A DNA stretch of 64,000 bases from a virus (lineage: Duplodnaviria > Heunggongvirae > Uroviricota > Caudoviricetes). This document shows positions 36,606 through 46,181 of the stretch, in pieces (positions within the stretch are counted from its first letter, which is position 1; each line of letters begins with the position of its first letter). The notes under the pieces were generated by a model. The model was not told the DNA's origin, did not search any database, and was given only the letters and a program-made list of their open reading frames with translations. The stretch lies in IMG/VR virus record IMGVR_UViG_3300046522_000750; one strand, 5' to 3'. Made by a program: the position numbers and the translations under genes.

Positions 36606-36869
36606 ATGAATTACGAAGCGCAACTGGCAGCACACGGCTTCAAGGCCACCAGCGGGGCCCGTCGATTGGTCTCCGCTGCCGTGTCTGGAGGCTCGCTTAA
36701 AGCACAGTCGAAAGATGGCACCTTTGAGTTGAGCTTTAAAGATGGTCAGATGAGCATCAAGAAGCTGCCCGATGGCACCCTGTGCAGCTCGCCTGTCATG
36801 CTGATGCAGATTCAGCCAATTCCGCTGGCCAGCCTTACTGAAAACCCATTCAATCAGCGGTCTGATTAA
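36606..36869 (+). CDS. Hypothetical protein
   Basis: RBS AAGGA. Confidence 0.6.
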   Translation: MNYEAQLAAHGFKATSGARRLVSAAVSGGSLKAQSKDGTFELSFKDGQMSIKKLPDGTLCSSPVMLMQIQPIPLASLTENPFNQRSD

Positions 36870-36932
36870 CTACTGTATTTGCAGTTTTCTCTACAATTGT
36901 GCTGTCAGGTATTGCCTTGTTTGCACTAAAGG

Positions 36933-36949
36933 GTATACTTGCAGCATAC
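36933..36949. promoter_or_regulatory. GTAT-N9-ATAC operator box
   Basis: GTATacttgcagcATAC. Confidence 0.75.
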
Positions 36950-36960
36950 CGAATGTGGAG

Positions 36961-37344
36961 ATGGTCATGACGACAGAACTCAAAGCCGCCTGCAATGCCT
37001 GCCCTTGGCGCGTAAAATCTGCTCAAGGCTGGCTTGGCGCAAGTACCCCTGTTGAATTTCTCCAACAGAGTGAGGCTGAAACCCAGATGCCTTGCCACCT
37101 CCACGTCGACTACGAAAACGATGACTGGGAGCGCCAGGCCCTCAAGGCCCCTCAGTGCGCCGGTCGTGCGATCCATTTCGCGAATCGCTGCAAGCGCCCA
37201 AAGGACACCAATCTCCTGGTGCTGCCGGCTAACCGTGAGGAAGTGTTCAGCAACCCTCAAGATTTCATTGATCACCATACCTTGGGTGGCCCTGGCCCCA
37301 AAATCATGATCATCGGCCCTCGCGTACAGGTGATTCAGCAATGA
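36961..37344 (+). CDS. DUF6283-like Cys/His-rich protein
   Basis: CNACPWR...PCH...QCAG. Confidence 0.65.
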   Translation: MVMTTELKAACNACPWRVKSAQGWLGASTPVEFLQQSEAETQMPCHLHVDYENDDWERQALKAPQCAGRAIHFANRCKRPKDTNLLVLPANREEVFSNPQDFIDHHTLGGPGPKIMIIGPRVQVIQQ

Positions 37345-37604
37345 ATAAAAACACCGCTGCAACCGCAAAAACCAAAGTTTTCCAGTGGACTCAGTCCCTG
37401 AAGGCCGGCCAAAATATTGGCGTCTACTCGGGCACGAAGCTCCTGAAATCCGAGGTTGTATCCAAGCGTACGCTCTTTGGTCGAATCGTGTGCGAATCCG
37501 GCTCGATCTTTCTTGGCGACGGCAGTTTTTACGGTTCTCGAGCCAGACAAGCCAGCCTTTACGGCCCACTTGAACAATGGTGTCAGATTCGGCCAATGGA
37601 GTGA
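37341..37604 (+). CDS. Hypothetical protein
   Basis: ATGA overlap. Confidence 0.6.
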   Translation: MNKNTAATAKTKVFQWTQSLKAGQNIGVYSGTKLLKSEVVSKRTLFGRIVCESGSIFLGDGSFYGSRARQASLYGPLEQWCQIRPME

Positions 37605-37610
37605 TCTCAC

Positions 37611-37799
37611 ATGCGCGCATTGCTTAGTACCAAAGGTGGTCGCTATATCAAGGCAGAGGCTGAGCGCATGGCGACTGAACTTCAGGCGACAGACAGTGAG
37701 TGGACGTTCACTGTCGCCTCAGCACCTGGAAACTGCGGTCTGTTTTGCATTGAAGTCCGTGAAAGCGACGGATCATTGATTGGGCGATTTGGACAATGA
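37611..37799 (+). CDS. Hypothetical protein
   Basis: RBS GGAG. Confidence 0.55.
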   Translation: MRALLSTKGGRYIKAEAERMATELQATDSEWTFTVASAPGNCGLFCIEVRESDGSLIGRFGQ

Positions 37800-38317
37800 A
37801 AAAAGGAACATGTCAGGTGTGCTTTGCCGCACACCCGTTGAATAAAAATGGCTATATGCGCAAACATATACGGGAGCGAGGCTATTCAGAACGTGACTGC
37901 CCAGGTTCCGCGTTCAAGCCTTTTGAGATCGACTGCACAGGCCTGCAGTGGGTTTTAGATTCGTACATCAAGGAACTCGCCCTTACCCGCGAGAAACTGC
38001 TGTCTGTTCATCTTTCCCCTGAAGTCTATGAGCGAGGCACATGGGTTGATCCTCAGGATGGCTTTGGCGTGATACAGGATGTCATCAAAATCATAAAACC
38101 TGGCGATCCAGATTATGAGCGGCTGGTAGAGCAGAAGAGGCGAGCCCTAAACAACAACGTCATGAGCTACAGAAAAGCCCTCGCAGAAATGGATGCCGTG
38201 CTTAAGCGCTACGAACCCACGGCAGGTTTTCTAGAGGATGCTTATGAGGCTCCCTACTATCATTTTGCACCCATTCACCATAACTTCTTCATTCCTGCGC
38301 CTAACCAGCCGGCTTGA
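37796..38317 (+). CDS. Hypothetical protein with N-terminal C2HC Zn motif
   Basis: GTCQVC...H...CPGS...PFE. Confidence 0.65.
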   Translation: MKKGTCQVCFAAHPLNKNGYMRKHIRERGYSERDCPGSAFKPFEIDCTGLQWVLDSYIKELALTREKLLSVHLSPEVYERGTWVDPQDGFGVIQDVIKIIKPGDPDYERLVEQKRRALNNNVMSYRKALAEMDAVLKRYEPTAGFLEDAYEAPYYHFAPIHHNFFIPAPNQPA

Positions 38318-38426
38318 CCCAGTCATCAGAAAACGCCAAGCCTTGTGCTTGGCTTTTTCATGCCTAATCCGCTGGCACAAAAAAAAGCCCCAAATCACGG
38401 GGCTCTGTCTTGAATCTTTGATCAGC

Positions 38427-38630
38427 CTAGCCGTTGGCCTGTGCCTTCTTGGCCAGTCGTTTGGCTTTTGCAGCCTTGGCTCGGTATTCTTTTTTACCCA
38501 AAACAAGGGCTTCATCGCGGTGGTTTGCCTCTACGACGAATACCTCGCATTCTGCGTAATCTGGATCGGTGGGTTTACCACCAACGTCCCACATACCGCT
38601 TGGGTAGCGCGCAACAGTCCACTGGGCCAT
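38427..38630 (-). CDS. Hypothetical protein
   Basis: RBS AAGGA; terminator at 38379-38404. Confidence 0.6.
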   Translation of the reverse strand: MAQWTVARYPSGMWDVGGKPTDPDYAECEVFVVEANHRDEALVLGKKEYRAKAAKAKRLAKKAQANG

Positions 38631-38765
38631 GGTCGTTCCTTCACAAAGTGGCTTAAGATCGGTCAACTATAGTTCTGATAAACAGAACCTGCAACGATTT
38701 TCCGCATAATTGCCACGCGCAGAGTTTGTATCCAAACAATGTATTTTGCGCTTTAGTGCAATTCA

Positions 38766-38782
38766 GTATTCGTGTAGAATAC
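38766..38782. promoter_or_regulatory. GTAT-N9-ATAC operator box
   Basis: GTATtcgtgtagaATAC. Confidence 0.7.
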
Positions 38783-38824
38783 CCGTTATCGAAAGTCTTC
38801 AACTCTGCGCACAAGAGGTGCCAC

Positions 38825-39265
38825 ATGTTTGTGATCTCCCAGGCCATGATCGACGCCGGCAATCGTGCAGAAGACCTTGCCTCCACGGCTCAGATCATCG
38901 AGTCCTTTGACGGCCTGGGTGGTGGCATGACCATGGCTGAAGCCCCGTCTGAGATCACCCAATGGTTCGGTGTCGACCGCGAAGTGAGCGACATCATTTT
39001 TGAGGCGATGGATGCGCTGTCCGAGTCGCCGTTTGGAAATCCCGCAACACCGGCGATGATCAAGGCAGGTAATCTTGTCCTTGAAAACATGATCACGGCT
39101 CGCGTCATGTCAGCAATGCACAACGATTCTCCCGAAGCCCTATGCACGCAATCTGAAGAGATCAAATCCTTCCTCGCCAAAAAAGACGAGGTTGTGAGCT
39201 TGGTGTATGCCCGCATGCGTGCTGTCGGTGCTGCGAAAAAGTGCAAATGCCGGACTGAGTTTTAA
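38825..39265 (+). CDS. Hypothetical protein
   Basis: RBS GAGGT. Confidence 0.65.
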   Translation: MFVISQAMIDAGNRAEDLASTAQIIESFDGLGGGMTMAEAPSEITQWFGVDREVSDIIFEAMDALSESPFGNPATPAMIKAGNLVLENMITARVMSAMHNDSPEALCTQSEEIKSFLAKKDEVVSLVYARMRAVGAAKKCKCRTEF

Positions 39266-39309
39266 TTTGCATTAATTGACAAAATTGCTTGCGGCTATTC
39301 GCCATTACG

Positions 39310-39326
39310 GTATACTGCACGCATAC
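39310..39326. promoter_or_regulatory. GTAT-N9-ATAC operator box
   Basis: TTACGGTATactgcacgcATACCGAA. Confidence 0.75.
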
Positions 39327-39346
39327 CGAATTGGAGCTGTACTGAA

Positions 39347-39784
39347 ATGAATTCAACCGATCCACAACAATCCTTGCAAGCGCTGGTTTCAATATTCATC
39401 AGCGATTGCGGCCTGAGTCAGAAGCAGGCTGAAGAGCTTGCGTGCGACATGGTCAAACTGGCCTCAGCGCACCTGAACCTCAGCTTGCGCGAATGCCAGC
39501 AGGGTCTCAACGGCCAGCAGAAAGAGCAGCTGTCCACCATCGAGTCTTGGTTCAAGCTCACAGCTGAGTCGACCCCTGGCCTCAAGTCAGCGTCATTCAA
39601 CGGCGACGTCCGCTCGACCACTGTGTTCTTGCAACTGGACAGCGGCGCATCGAACAGCTTCAGCCAAGGCAATTGGCGTGTACCGGTGCAACTGCCAGCA
39701 GTACCGCGTCAAACCCTGATGCGCACGGTTCGCCAAGACATCAACCGCATGGTAGATCAAAAGAATCGTCGCGAGGTTTCATAA
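39347..39784 (+). CDS. Hypothetical protein
   Basis: RBS GGAG; after a GTAT-N9-ATAC promoter. Confidence 0.7.
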   Translation: MNSTDPQQSLQALVSIFISDCGLSQKQAEELACDMVKLASAHLNLSLRECQQGLNGQQKEQLSTIESWFKLTAESTPGLKSASFNGDVRSTTVFLQLDSGASNSFSQGNWRVPVQLPAVPRQTLMRTVRQDINRMVDQKNRREVS

Positions 39785-39785
39785 A

Positions 39786-40130
39786 ATGAGTGCTGCGGAA
39801 ATTCAAGGTCACCTGCTCGCTACCTGGATCAATCACGAACCCACCGAGACGATGCGCATTCACTGCATCCAGCACGGCCTCACCGCCGAGCTCAATGGCG
39901 TGAAAATGTTCACCGGCCCGAAATCGGTGATGGATCGTAAGACTCCTTTCGAGCAGTACAAAGAAGTCCCCGGCTTGTCCTGGTTCTTCCTGAATGACCG
40001 CAGCGAGTTCGTTAGGGGTTTTGACGGCGCTCCGAATGGCTCAACCAGTCAAGGCACGTTCGAAGACGTAGCCAAGTATGTGCCCGATTTGGTGCGGGCT
40101 GAGTGGGCTTATACCAAACGCTCCGCTTAA
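39786..40130 (+). CDS. Hypothetical protein
   Basis: Coupled to the upstream gene. Confidence 0.65.
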   Translation: MSAAEIQGHLLATWINHEPTETMRIHCIQHGLTAELNGVKMFTGPKSVMDRKTPFEQYKEVPGLSWFFLNDRSEFVRGFDGAPNGSTSQGTFEDVAKYVPDLVRAEWAYTKRSA

Positions 40131-40177
40131 TTCTAGAATTACACGCTGGTCGGGCACATCCCGACAAAGGACATGAC

Positions 40178-40648
40178 ATGACAGGCCAGACAAGCACCCC
40201 CTCCTCGCAGTGGAAAGATGCCGGTGCCGAGGATCCACACGGCACACGCTATGATGTCGAGCGCAGGGAGCTTAGCCTCGGCGACTTGACTGACGAACAG
40301 ATGGCCAATGCGGTGTTCATGCACGGCAACGCGAAGCTGACTCATGCCGAAATCCTGGCCGGTGCGCTGATGCCGATTGTTTACCTGACCGGCGCCAAGG
40401 ATCGCATTCGCTGGTTGTCGCGCTCACTGGAAAAAGCGCTGGCCGCGCTGACCAAGATGACGCAAGACCGCGATGAGCGCCTGAACAGCAATCTGGCCCT
40501 GCGCGCTCGGAACGAGTTACTGCAAGAGCGTCTGAAGGCTGTAGCCGACCTCTTCAAAGATAACCAGAGCATCGATCTTCACCCTGACCTCGTTGAGATC
40601 GTGCTTAAACTCACAGATACTCCCGACATCGCCAAGACGGCTGAGTGA
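40178..40648 (+). CDS. Hypothetical protein (phage-like, coiled coil)
   Basis: RBS AAGGA; LGDLTD...ANAVF...AKDRIRWLSR. Confidence 0.65.
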   Translation: MTGQTSTPSSQWKDAGAEDPHGTRYDVERRELSLGDLTDEQMANAVFMHGNAKLTHAEILAGALMPIVYLTGAKDRIRWLSRSLEKALAALTKMTQDRDERLNSNLALRARNELLQERLKAVADLFKDNQSIDLHPDLVEIVLKLTDTPDIAKTAE

Positions 40649-41094
40649 TCATCATGCTACCAATTCAACTGCGCGAACTGCTGAACGACCTTGACGCTGC
40701 GCCCGTGGAATGTGACGGCATGTGCCGGCTAATCACTACGCGCCTGCAGAACCTGGGCATTGCACATCAGGTGATGGTTGGCAGCGTCAGCCTCAACGAC
40801 GGCTCTATCCCCCACCACTACTGGATTGTTGTCGGTGATCTGACTGTCGACTACCGGGCCCGCATGTGGCTTGGCGAAAGCCCTCTGGTGCCGCACGGCA
40901 TTTTCCGTCAGGACACCTGCGCGGCTCGCTACGATGGCATCGAGATCCAGATGGATGCCCTGCACCCTTCCATGGTTCAACTGCTGAGCATGCCATTCTC
41001 AGAGCCGGGGATAAAAGCCCAGCAGTCGCCTACGGGTGACGAGAAGGTGATTTGCCTTGGCGACATGGTTGATCGTCACCAGCCATCGGTGTGA
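40645..41094 (+). CDS. Putative transglutaminase/papain-like fold protein
   Basis: ECDG...HYWI...VDYRARMWLG gives a possible Cys-His-Asp triad. Confidence 0.5.
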   Translation: MIIMLPIQLRELLNDLDAAPVECDGMCRLITTRLQNLGIAHQVMVGSVSLNDGSIPHHYWIVVGDLTVDYRARMWLGESPLVPHGIFRQDTCAARYDGIEIQMDALHPSMVQLLSMPFSEPGIKAQQSPTGDEKVICLGDMVDRHQPSV

Positions 41095-41130
41095 CTGGTT
41101 CAAGGATTGAGTAATCAACGAGAGGATTTC

Positions 41131-41400
41131 ATGAGCATTCCAAAACCAGAACCCATTGTTTTCGAGACATTCACTGACATTCAGCGGCTTGTCAGGCAGG
41201 CCACGCAGGATGCACCTTCGCACCTCAACAACGAAATCCGCGTGCAGCGCTATCGCGTGACCGTCGAGCTGATCGAAGAACCTGACGATGTCATTCGTGA
41301 TCGTCTGCTGGCCCTGGACGCCGAGCGCGGCCATGTCGATAAGCATCGCAGCATCAAAGCTGAAGCGAAACGCCTGGGAATCGACCTCAAAAGGCCTTGA
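41131..41400 (+). CDS. Hypothetical protein
   Basis: RBS GAGGA; terminator at 41412-41441. Confidence 0.65.
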   Translation: MSIPKPEPIVFETFTDIQRLVRQATQDAPSHLNNEIRVQRYRVTVELIEEPDDVIRDRLLALDAERGHVDKHRSIKAEAKRLGIDLKRP

Positions 41401-41515
41401 TCCCGGCTTATAAAAAAGGCCCTTTTGCAGGGCTTTTTTTTCGTCTTTTGCTTGCAGATAATTTAAGTAGAGTTTAATCTTTTCACATCAAAACAATCTG
41501 CGAAGGACGCCGCTC

Positions 41516-41854
41516 ATGACCGATAAAGCCTCTGAGATCAACGAATACTTCGAGTTCAGCAAGGTCAAACGTCCATCCTTGATCAACACCGTGATTTTCA
41601 TTGTCGTGGTCGCAGGCACCACCATCGCCGGCCTCTATGCCGAGTCGACCTACGGTGATGTGGTGGTGATCGTTCCCTTTCTCTCGGTCATGTTGTGGTG
41701 CGATTACTCAGAAATCACCTTTCGTAACACGCCTCACCTTAAAACCTTGCAGACCGTCGTTAGCTGTCTTTACCTGCTGTCCGGCTTGGTGATCCTGGCG
41801 TATACCAGGGAGACCGGCTGGGTCTACGACCACGTGGTTATGCATTTCCTCTAA
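41516..41854 (+). CDS. Membrane protein, tandem paralogue A
   Basis: KVK.P...IVPFLS...WCD...I...NTP.LK...E.GW.YD shared with the next gene. Confidence 0.7.
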   Translation: MTDKASEINEYFEFSKVKRPSLINTVIFIVVVAGTTIAGLYAESTYGDVVVIVPFLSVMLWCDYSEITFRNTPHLKTLQTVVSCLYLLSGLVILAYTRETGWVYDHVVMHFL

Positions 41855-41874
41855 ACCTCGCCCAGGACATCATC

Positions 41875-42249
41875 GTGACAGACAACACTGCGAGCCCGAG
41901 CATGGGCCAGGAAATCAACAAGGTGAAGCTTCCGGCATGGTGGAAGACCCTGCTGGTCATTCTTCTGGCCGGCTCGACCTGTACGGCAGCCGTGTACTTT
42001 GAGAAAGGCCTGGGCGCCGCTCTGGTGATTGTCCCGTTCCTCAGCTTCAGCTTTTGGTGTGATGAGGCGAACATCAACTGGAAAAACACCCCGCGCCTCA
42101 AAGCATTTCTATTGGTCATCCTGCTGGCCCTGAGTGCGGTCTATCTCGTTGGAGCCTCCCAAGTCAGCCGAATCAAGCACCACAAGAAGCCCCTGATCGA
42201 GTCGGGATGGATGTACGACATGTCCGTAAAGGTGTCCCGCCTTGTTTGA
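41875..42249 (+). CDS. Membrane protein, tandem paralogue B
   Basis: Similarity to 41516..41854. Confidence 0.7.
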   Translation: MTDNTASPSMGQEINKVKLPAWWKTLLVILLAGSTCTAAVYFEKGLGAALVIVPFLSFSFWCDEANINWKNTPRLKAFLLVILLALSAVYLVGASQVSRIKHHKKPLIESGWMYDMSVKVSRLV

Positions 42250-42271
42250 TCCAGAAGCGCCTGTAGCACTC

Positions 42272-42460
42272 ATGACGCCCGACGAGTTCCGGGCCGAATA
42301 CCGTGGCCGTGGATGGACAGGCAAGGCCCTGGCCAAGCGCTGGAAGAGGTCTGCCACCTGGATTTCCATCATCGGCAATGATCTCGACCGAGACCCGCAC
42401 TGGGACGATGCGGTACGTGGCTTGCCGACAATCGAAAAGAAGAAAAAGATTAAAGTATAG
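42272..42460 (+). CDS. Small XRE/Cro-like HTH protein
   Basis: MTPDEFR...RGWTGKALAKRWKRSATWIS...WDDAVRGLP. Confidence 0.65.
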   Translation: MTPDEFRAEYRGRGWTGKALAKRWKRSATWISIIGNDLDRDPHWDDAVRGLPTIEKKKKIKV

Positions 42461-42471
42461 TTACAGAATAC
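42455..42471. promoter_or_regulatory. GTAT-N9-ATAC operator box
   Basis: GTATagttacagaATAC overlapping the stop of HTH gene 42272..42460. Confidence 0.7.
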
Positions 42472-42520
42472 CTTTACTTTAATCCCGGTTTTATTTACCA
42501 TCTACTTTATCGAATACAAG

Positions 42521-42802
42521 ATGAAGGAACGCCCCGTGAGCCAAGAATCTGCTGCAACCAGCCCTGCCTCTCAAGCCAGCCAAGCGCCTATTGTCGTCGG
42601 CAAGATGTGGTGGTTTGCTAACAGCCAAGCAGAAGCAGAAGCCACGAAAGCGAACCTGATCGACAAAGGCGTGATCAATGTCGAATTAGGCAAGCCCAAT
42701 GAACGCGGCGTGATCGATGTGATCTTTAGCCTGGATCGCAACCGCGCACGTGAAATCCTCGGCTTTGAGGTTGCTGATGAGGAATGGCTGGAGGCTGAAT
42801 AA
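42521..42802 (+). CDS. Hypothetical protein
   Basis: Start may be GTG at 42536 (RBS AAGGA). Confidence 0.65.
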   Translation: MKERPVSQESAATSPASQASQAPIVVGKMWWFANSQAEAEATKANLIDKGVINVELGKPNERGVIDVIFSLDRNRAREILGFEVADEEWLEAE

Positions 42803-42841
42803 GCATCGCCCTTTCAATCACCAACTTCTTTAGGAGGGATT

Positions 42842-43039
42842 ATGAAAAAGATTGAGACCATCCAGGTCGCCGTATTCTACTGCGACGTCTGCGGCACCAA
42901 GTGTGGGTCGAGCATGACCACCCTGACCCTCAAAGGTCAGGATTTTCACGCCTGCGGTGGCTGGAACGAGTTTGAGGTGATGTGCCGCGACCAGCTCCAC
43001 GACGTTGCTACCGAGAAGGCCAAGGACATCGCACCATGA
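42842..43039 (+). CDS. Small Zn-binding protein
   Basis: RBS AGGAGG; YCDVCG...HAC...C. Confidence 0.6.
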   Translation: MKKIETIQVAVFYCDVCGTKCGSSMTTLTLKGQDFHACGGWNEFEVMCRDQLHDVATEKAKDIAP

Positions 43040-43371
43040 AGCCAATGACCCCTGAAATGGCCACCGGCCTGCACCACCTTGTCGCGACAATTGACCTGAA
43101 TGCCGAACAGGTAAATGGGCAGGACTGGCCCGGCGCGGTGTGCACGGCCCGTGACGCACTACCAGAAGGCACTGTGATCGCACTGGAGCAGCTTGTCACC
43201 GCCTGTTCTGGTGCTCTGGCATTGGCGACTGAGAGCACGTCCATCCTCGACCTGGCTATCAACAGCGCTGAGCGAGGTTTTAAAGACGAAACGCTGCTGC
43301 ACTTGGGTAAGCTCGGCACCAAACTGGAGGCGCTCAAAAGCATGCTTCGCCAGGACAGCAAGGAGACCTGA
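43036..43371 (+). CDS. Hypothetical protein
   Basis: ATGA overlap; RBS AAGGA. Confidence 0.6.
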   Translation: MKPMTPEMATGLHHLVATIDLNAEQVNGQDWPGAVCTARDALPEGTVIALEQLVTACSGALALATESTSILDLAINSAERGFKDETLLHLGKLGTKLEALKSMLRQDSKET

Positions 43372-43372
43372 C

Positions 43373-43552
43373 ATGTCCACTCCATACAACTTCTGGATCT
43401 CCCAGGCCAAGCGCTGGGATAGCTGCATCAACTTCGGCTCCCCCATCAGCGCATGGTCTCTCGACATGCTGAAGGAATACGACGCGGCGAAAGCTGAAGG
43501 TCGTCCGCCGTCGCTGCAGAACTGCCCTGACCGTCAACCAAAACCACTCTAA
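43373..43552 (+). CDS. Hypothetical protein
   Basis: RBS AAGGAG before MSTPY. Confidence 0.55.
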   Translation: MSTPYNFWISQAKRWDSCINFGSPISAWSLDMLKEYDAAKAEGRPPSLQNCPDRQPKPL

Positions 43553-43566
43553 GCACTGGAATCACC

Positions 43567-44223
43567 ATGCCCGGCACCGTAAAAACAGAGTTGAATGCCG
43601 TTGATCGCTTTGTAAAACAGCGTCTTCTGAACCATTCCAGCCTGTTCGGCAGCCGATTGGAAGTGCTTCAGTACGTGTTCTTCGTCGGTGGCAACGGCAG
43701 CTTGTGGAACGCCGATGGCACGCTTGGCAGTCGAAGCCCAGAGCCCACAGGGACGAAAATGAACTATTTCGACCTTGACGGGGCTCCTGGAGTCATTGAC
43801 GAAGCCATTGCCAAGCTGATGATTTCAAGCCAGGAAGAGATCAGCGTCCGGAGAAAGCGAGAGCGCGCAATCCGCGCCCTGATCGCAGAAGACATTGACG
43901 TCTACGCCCAGTGCAACGTGATGCAGGACACCGTCCATGTGGACACCATTCAAGCTTGGGACATCGAGGGCTCCCTGGCTGCTGAAGCCCCCTTCGAAGT
44001 CTTGAATCATGATTGGGCTAAGGCCTTGATGGAGGTATTGCAAGCGGCCTGCCAGTCCCTGCGTAGCCATCTTCGCATGCAATACGAAGACTTCTCCCGT
44101 GATAAGGCCAACCCACTACTTCTCGACAAGCACGACCAAATCAATACTCTTATTGGTAAGGTGTCCAATGTGCCAGGTCTGTACAACAAGTCAGCCATCA
44201 AAGCGATAACGAGCATGCTGTAG
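43567..44223 (+). CDS. Hypothetical protein
   Basis: 218-aa ORF; terminator at 44301-44325. Confidence 0.65.
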   Translation: MPGTVKTELNAVDRFVKQRLLNHSSLFGSRLEVLQYVFFVGGNGSLWNADGTLGSRSPEPTGTKMNYFDLDGAPGVIDEAIAKLMISSQEEISVRRKRERAIRALIAEDIDVYAQCNVMQDTVHVDTIQAWDIEGSLAAEAPFEVLNHDWAKALMEVLQAACQSLRSHLRMQYEDFSRDKANPLLLDKHDQINTLIGKVSNVPGLYNKSAIKAITSML

Positions 44224-44384
44224 AAGGCAAGAGGAAGTCGTTAATTCGAGGTGTTTAGCCGGAGGCTGAACCCTCGGCTACCCTGTCTATTTTTTGAGCG
44301 AAAAGCCCGGCATTGCCGGGTTTTTGTTGGCCGCAAGATTTTCGACGGCTCCGCGCCGGGCCTGTAGCCGCGCATGCGCCGAAT

Positions 44385-44804
44385 CTAGTTCGGTATCGGC
44401 TCATTTATCGGTGTATTGGCAGCGAAGTCCCTCCTGCCCTCCCGTTCCAGCTTCGCTGATCTCAAGGCCTTCATTGGGTTGTATTTAGGGTCTGCGATGA
44501 GCGCAGCCCTGAGAGCCATAAACGCATCGGAGTCAGCCAGGAGGTCGCCCCTAAGCTGATTGCACAGAGCATGGGAGATCGAGAGGTTGTCCATTTCATC
44601 GGTGCCGCCGTGAGCAAGCGGTACGACGTGCTCCAGGCTAGCCATTTCTTCGTCGACATGCCGTGTGCAGACAAAGCACGGAACGCTGCCCTGCCGGCGC
44701 AGAAGCATCTTGTACACTGTTTCGCGACGATTCTGCCTGACGTTCCCAGCCAGCCTGGCCTTAAGTCCGCCCGACATCCTGACTTTCCCGTTGCGTTTGG
44801 CCAT
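44385..44804 (-). CDS. HNH endonuclease
   Basis: CFVC...SLEHVVPLAHGGTD...NL...HALCN..RG. Confidence 0.85.
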   Translation of the reverse strand: MAKRNGKVRMSGGLKARLAGNVRQNRRETVYKMLLRRQGSVPCFVCTRHVDEEMASLEHVVPLAHGGTDEMDNLSISHALCNQLRGDLLADSDAFMALRAALIADPKYNPMKALRSAKLEREGRRDFAANTPINEPIPN

Positions 44805-44918
44805 GCGGGTTATCCATGAGTCTGGTTAAACGCGAAGATCGTTAGCCCTGGCGGAAGGGGCGATCCCCTCCTCGACTGGCCAAGCACTGCTTGAGTGCCT
44901 GGCTCAGCATGGGACAGG

Positions 44919-45467
44919 TCAGACCAGGATCAGTTTGTAGTCCACCAATTGAGGCTCATTGACGAACTTGATGGTCACCGCATGGCTTTCATCAGCTTCC
45001 CAGCGACCCTCGGTGGTAATCCATGCGCTCTGGTCGAAGTCGCTAGCACTTGAGTAGTAAACGTCACCGTTGTCCACAAGGTGCCCTTGGACTACGCCAC
45101 CATCAGCCATGAAGGCCACGGTGTTGTCGCTGGTCTCGCAGATACGCAGCGCCTTGCCTGGATTGTCCTTCAGCAGGTTCTGGTAAGCATCCAGAATGCC
45201 GGTGTAAGTGATCGGCGCATGGAGTTGCGCATACTGGATCTCGACCTCATTCGCGAAAGCGATCATCTTGGCCGCAGCGGCGCGCACCTCATCCGGCGAC
45301 ATGCGCGTGGGCAGATCAACTGAGATGTAATCCAGAGGATCGTTCTGGTAGATGTTGGCATGCAAGATCCGCTTTTCAACGGTCTTCTTGCCTTTGCTGA
45401 TGTCCATCATCTCGTTGGCGAACCCACGGATGTTTCCGCTTGGCTTTGGGAAAATAGTGACTTCCAT
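44919..45467 (-). CDS. Hypothetical protein
   Basis: RBS GAGGG; after a GTAT-N9-ATAC box. Confidence 0.7.
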   Translation of the reverse strand: MEVTIFPKPSGNIRGFANEMMDISKGKKTVEKRILHANIYQNDPLDYISVDLPTRMSPDEVRAAAAKMIAFANEVEIQYAQLHAPITYTGILDAYQNLLKDNPGKALRICETSDNTVAFMADGGVVQGHLVDNGDVYYSSASDFDQSAWITTEGRWEADESHAVTIKFVNEPQLVDYKLILV

Positions 45468-45494
45468 GGAGCACCCTCTTTTTGATTAAAAAGA

Positions 45495-45566
45495 GTATGC
45501 CATACGCATACCCTAATTTCAACCCTAAATGACTCTTCCTCTACCGATTTTGCAGTTTTTTGCAAA
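45495..45566 (-). promoter_or_regulatory. Promoter module: GTAT-N9-ATAC box plus TTTGCA-N6-TGCAAA box
   Basis: GTATgccatacgcATAC at 45495-45511; TTTGCAgtttttTGCAAA at 45549-45566. Confidence 0.7.
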
Positions 45567-45581
45567 CAAACCCTCCGAGCG

Positions 45582-46016
45582 TTAACGACGATTCTGTTTT
45601 CGCCGTGGCTCCAGGTTCGTCAGGCGGGCGCTGTAGCGATTGCGCTGTGAGTCACTTCGATGATCGACCCTCAAGGAGCAGTTTATGGCGTGGCGTATGT
45701 GCCAAACCGATTCGCCAACGACACCGCAACATGGGCATGCTGGCCAGGTCGTCAGGAAGATGCCATCGGCGGGTCGAGCCAGATGGTAGCGGGAAATCCT
45801 TTTATCCCGGCCTTTGGCTATCGCCAGGCTGGTACGACCTCCGCTGTAGCGGCTTTCACGACTCAGGGTTACCAAGCCCTCTTGGACGAGACGCTTGAGG
45901 TCATCGTCCAGTGCGATCCCGCCCGAGCAGTTGACCGCCCTGCCACTGATGGAGTGACGAATGCTGAGAAGCAGCAGTTCACGGCGAAGCTGTCCTTGCG
46001 ACTTTTTATTGCTCAT
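45582..46016 (-). CDS. Hypothetical protein with C-terminal Zn motif
   Basis: RBS AAGGAG; CPCCG...H...C. Confidence 0.65.
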   Translation of the reverse strand: MSNKKSQGQLRRELLLLSIRHSISGRAVNCSGGIALDDDLKRLVQEGLVTLSRESRYSGGRTSLAIAKGRDKRISRYHLARPADGIFLTTWPACPCCGVVGESVWHIRHAINCSLRVDHRSDSQRNRYSARLTNLEPRRKQNRR

Positions 46017-46095
46017 GGGCGGTCACTCCTTCATAGGTGACTGAAATCTTCATGGCAAAGTATGCCATAAGTATATCGTTAAATCATCTTTATTA

Positions 46096-46158
46096 TTTGC
46101 AGATAAATGCAAATCCCTACTCGACATGCAATATCATAATGGTATACTTACAGAATAC
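46096..46158 (+). promoter_or_regulatory. Promoter module: TTTGCA-N6-TGCAAA box plus GTAT-N9-ATAC box
   Basis: TTTGCAgataaaTGCAAA at 46096-46113; GTATacttacagaATAC at 46142-46158; one-mismatch divergent box at 46060. Confidence 0.8.
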
Positions 46159-46181
46159 CGAAACGAATGATGGTGAATGAC

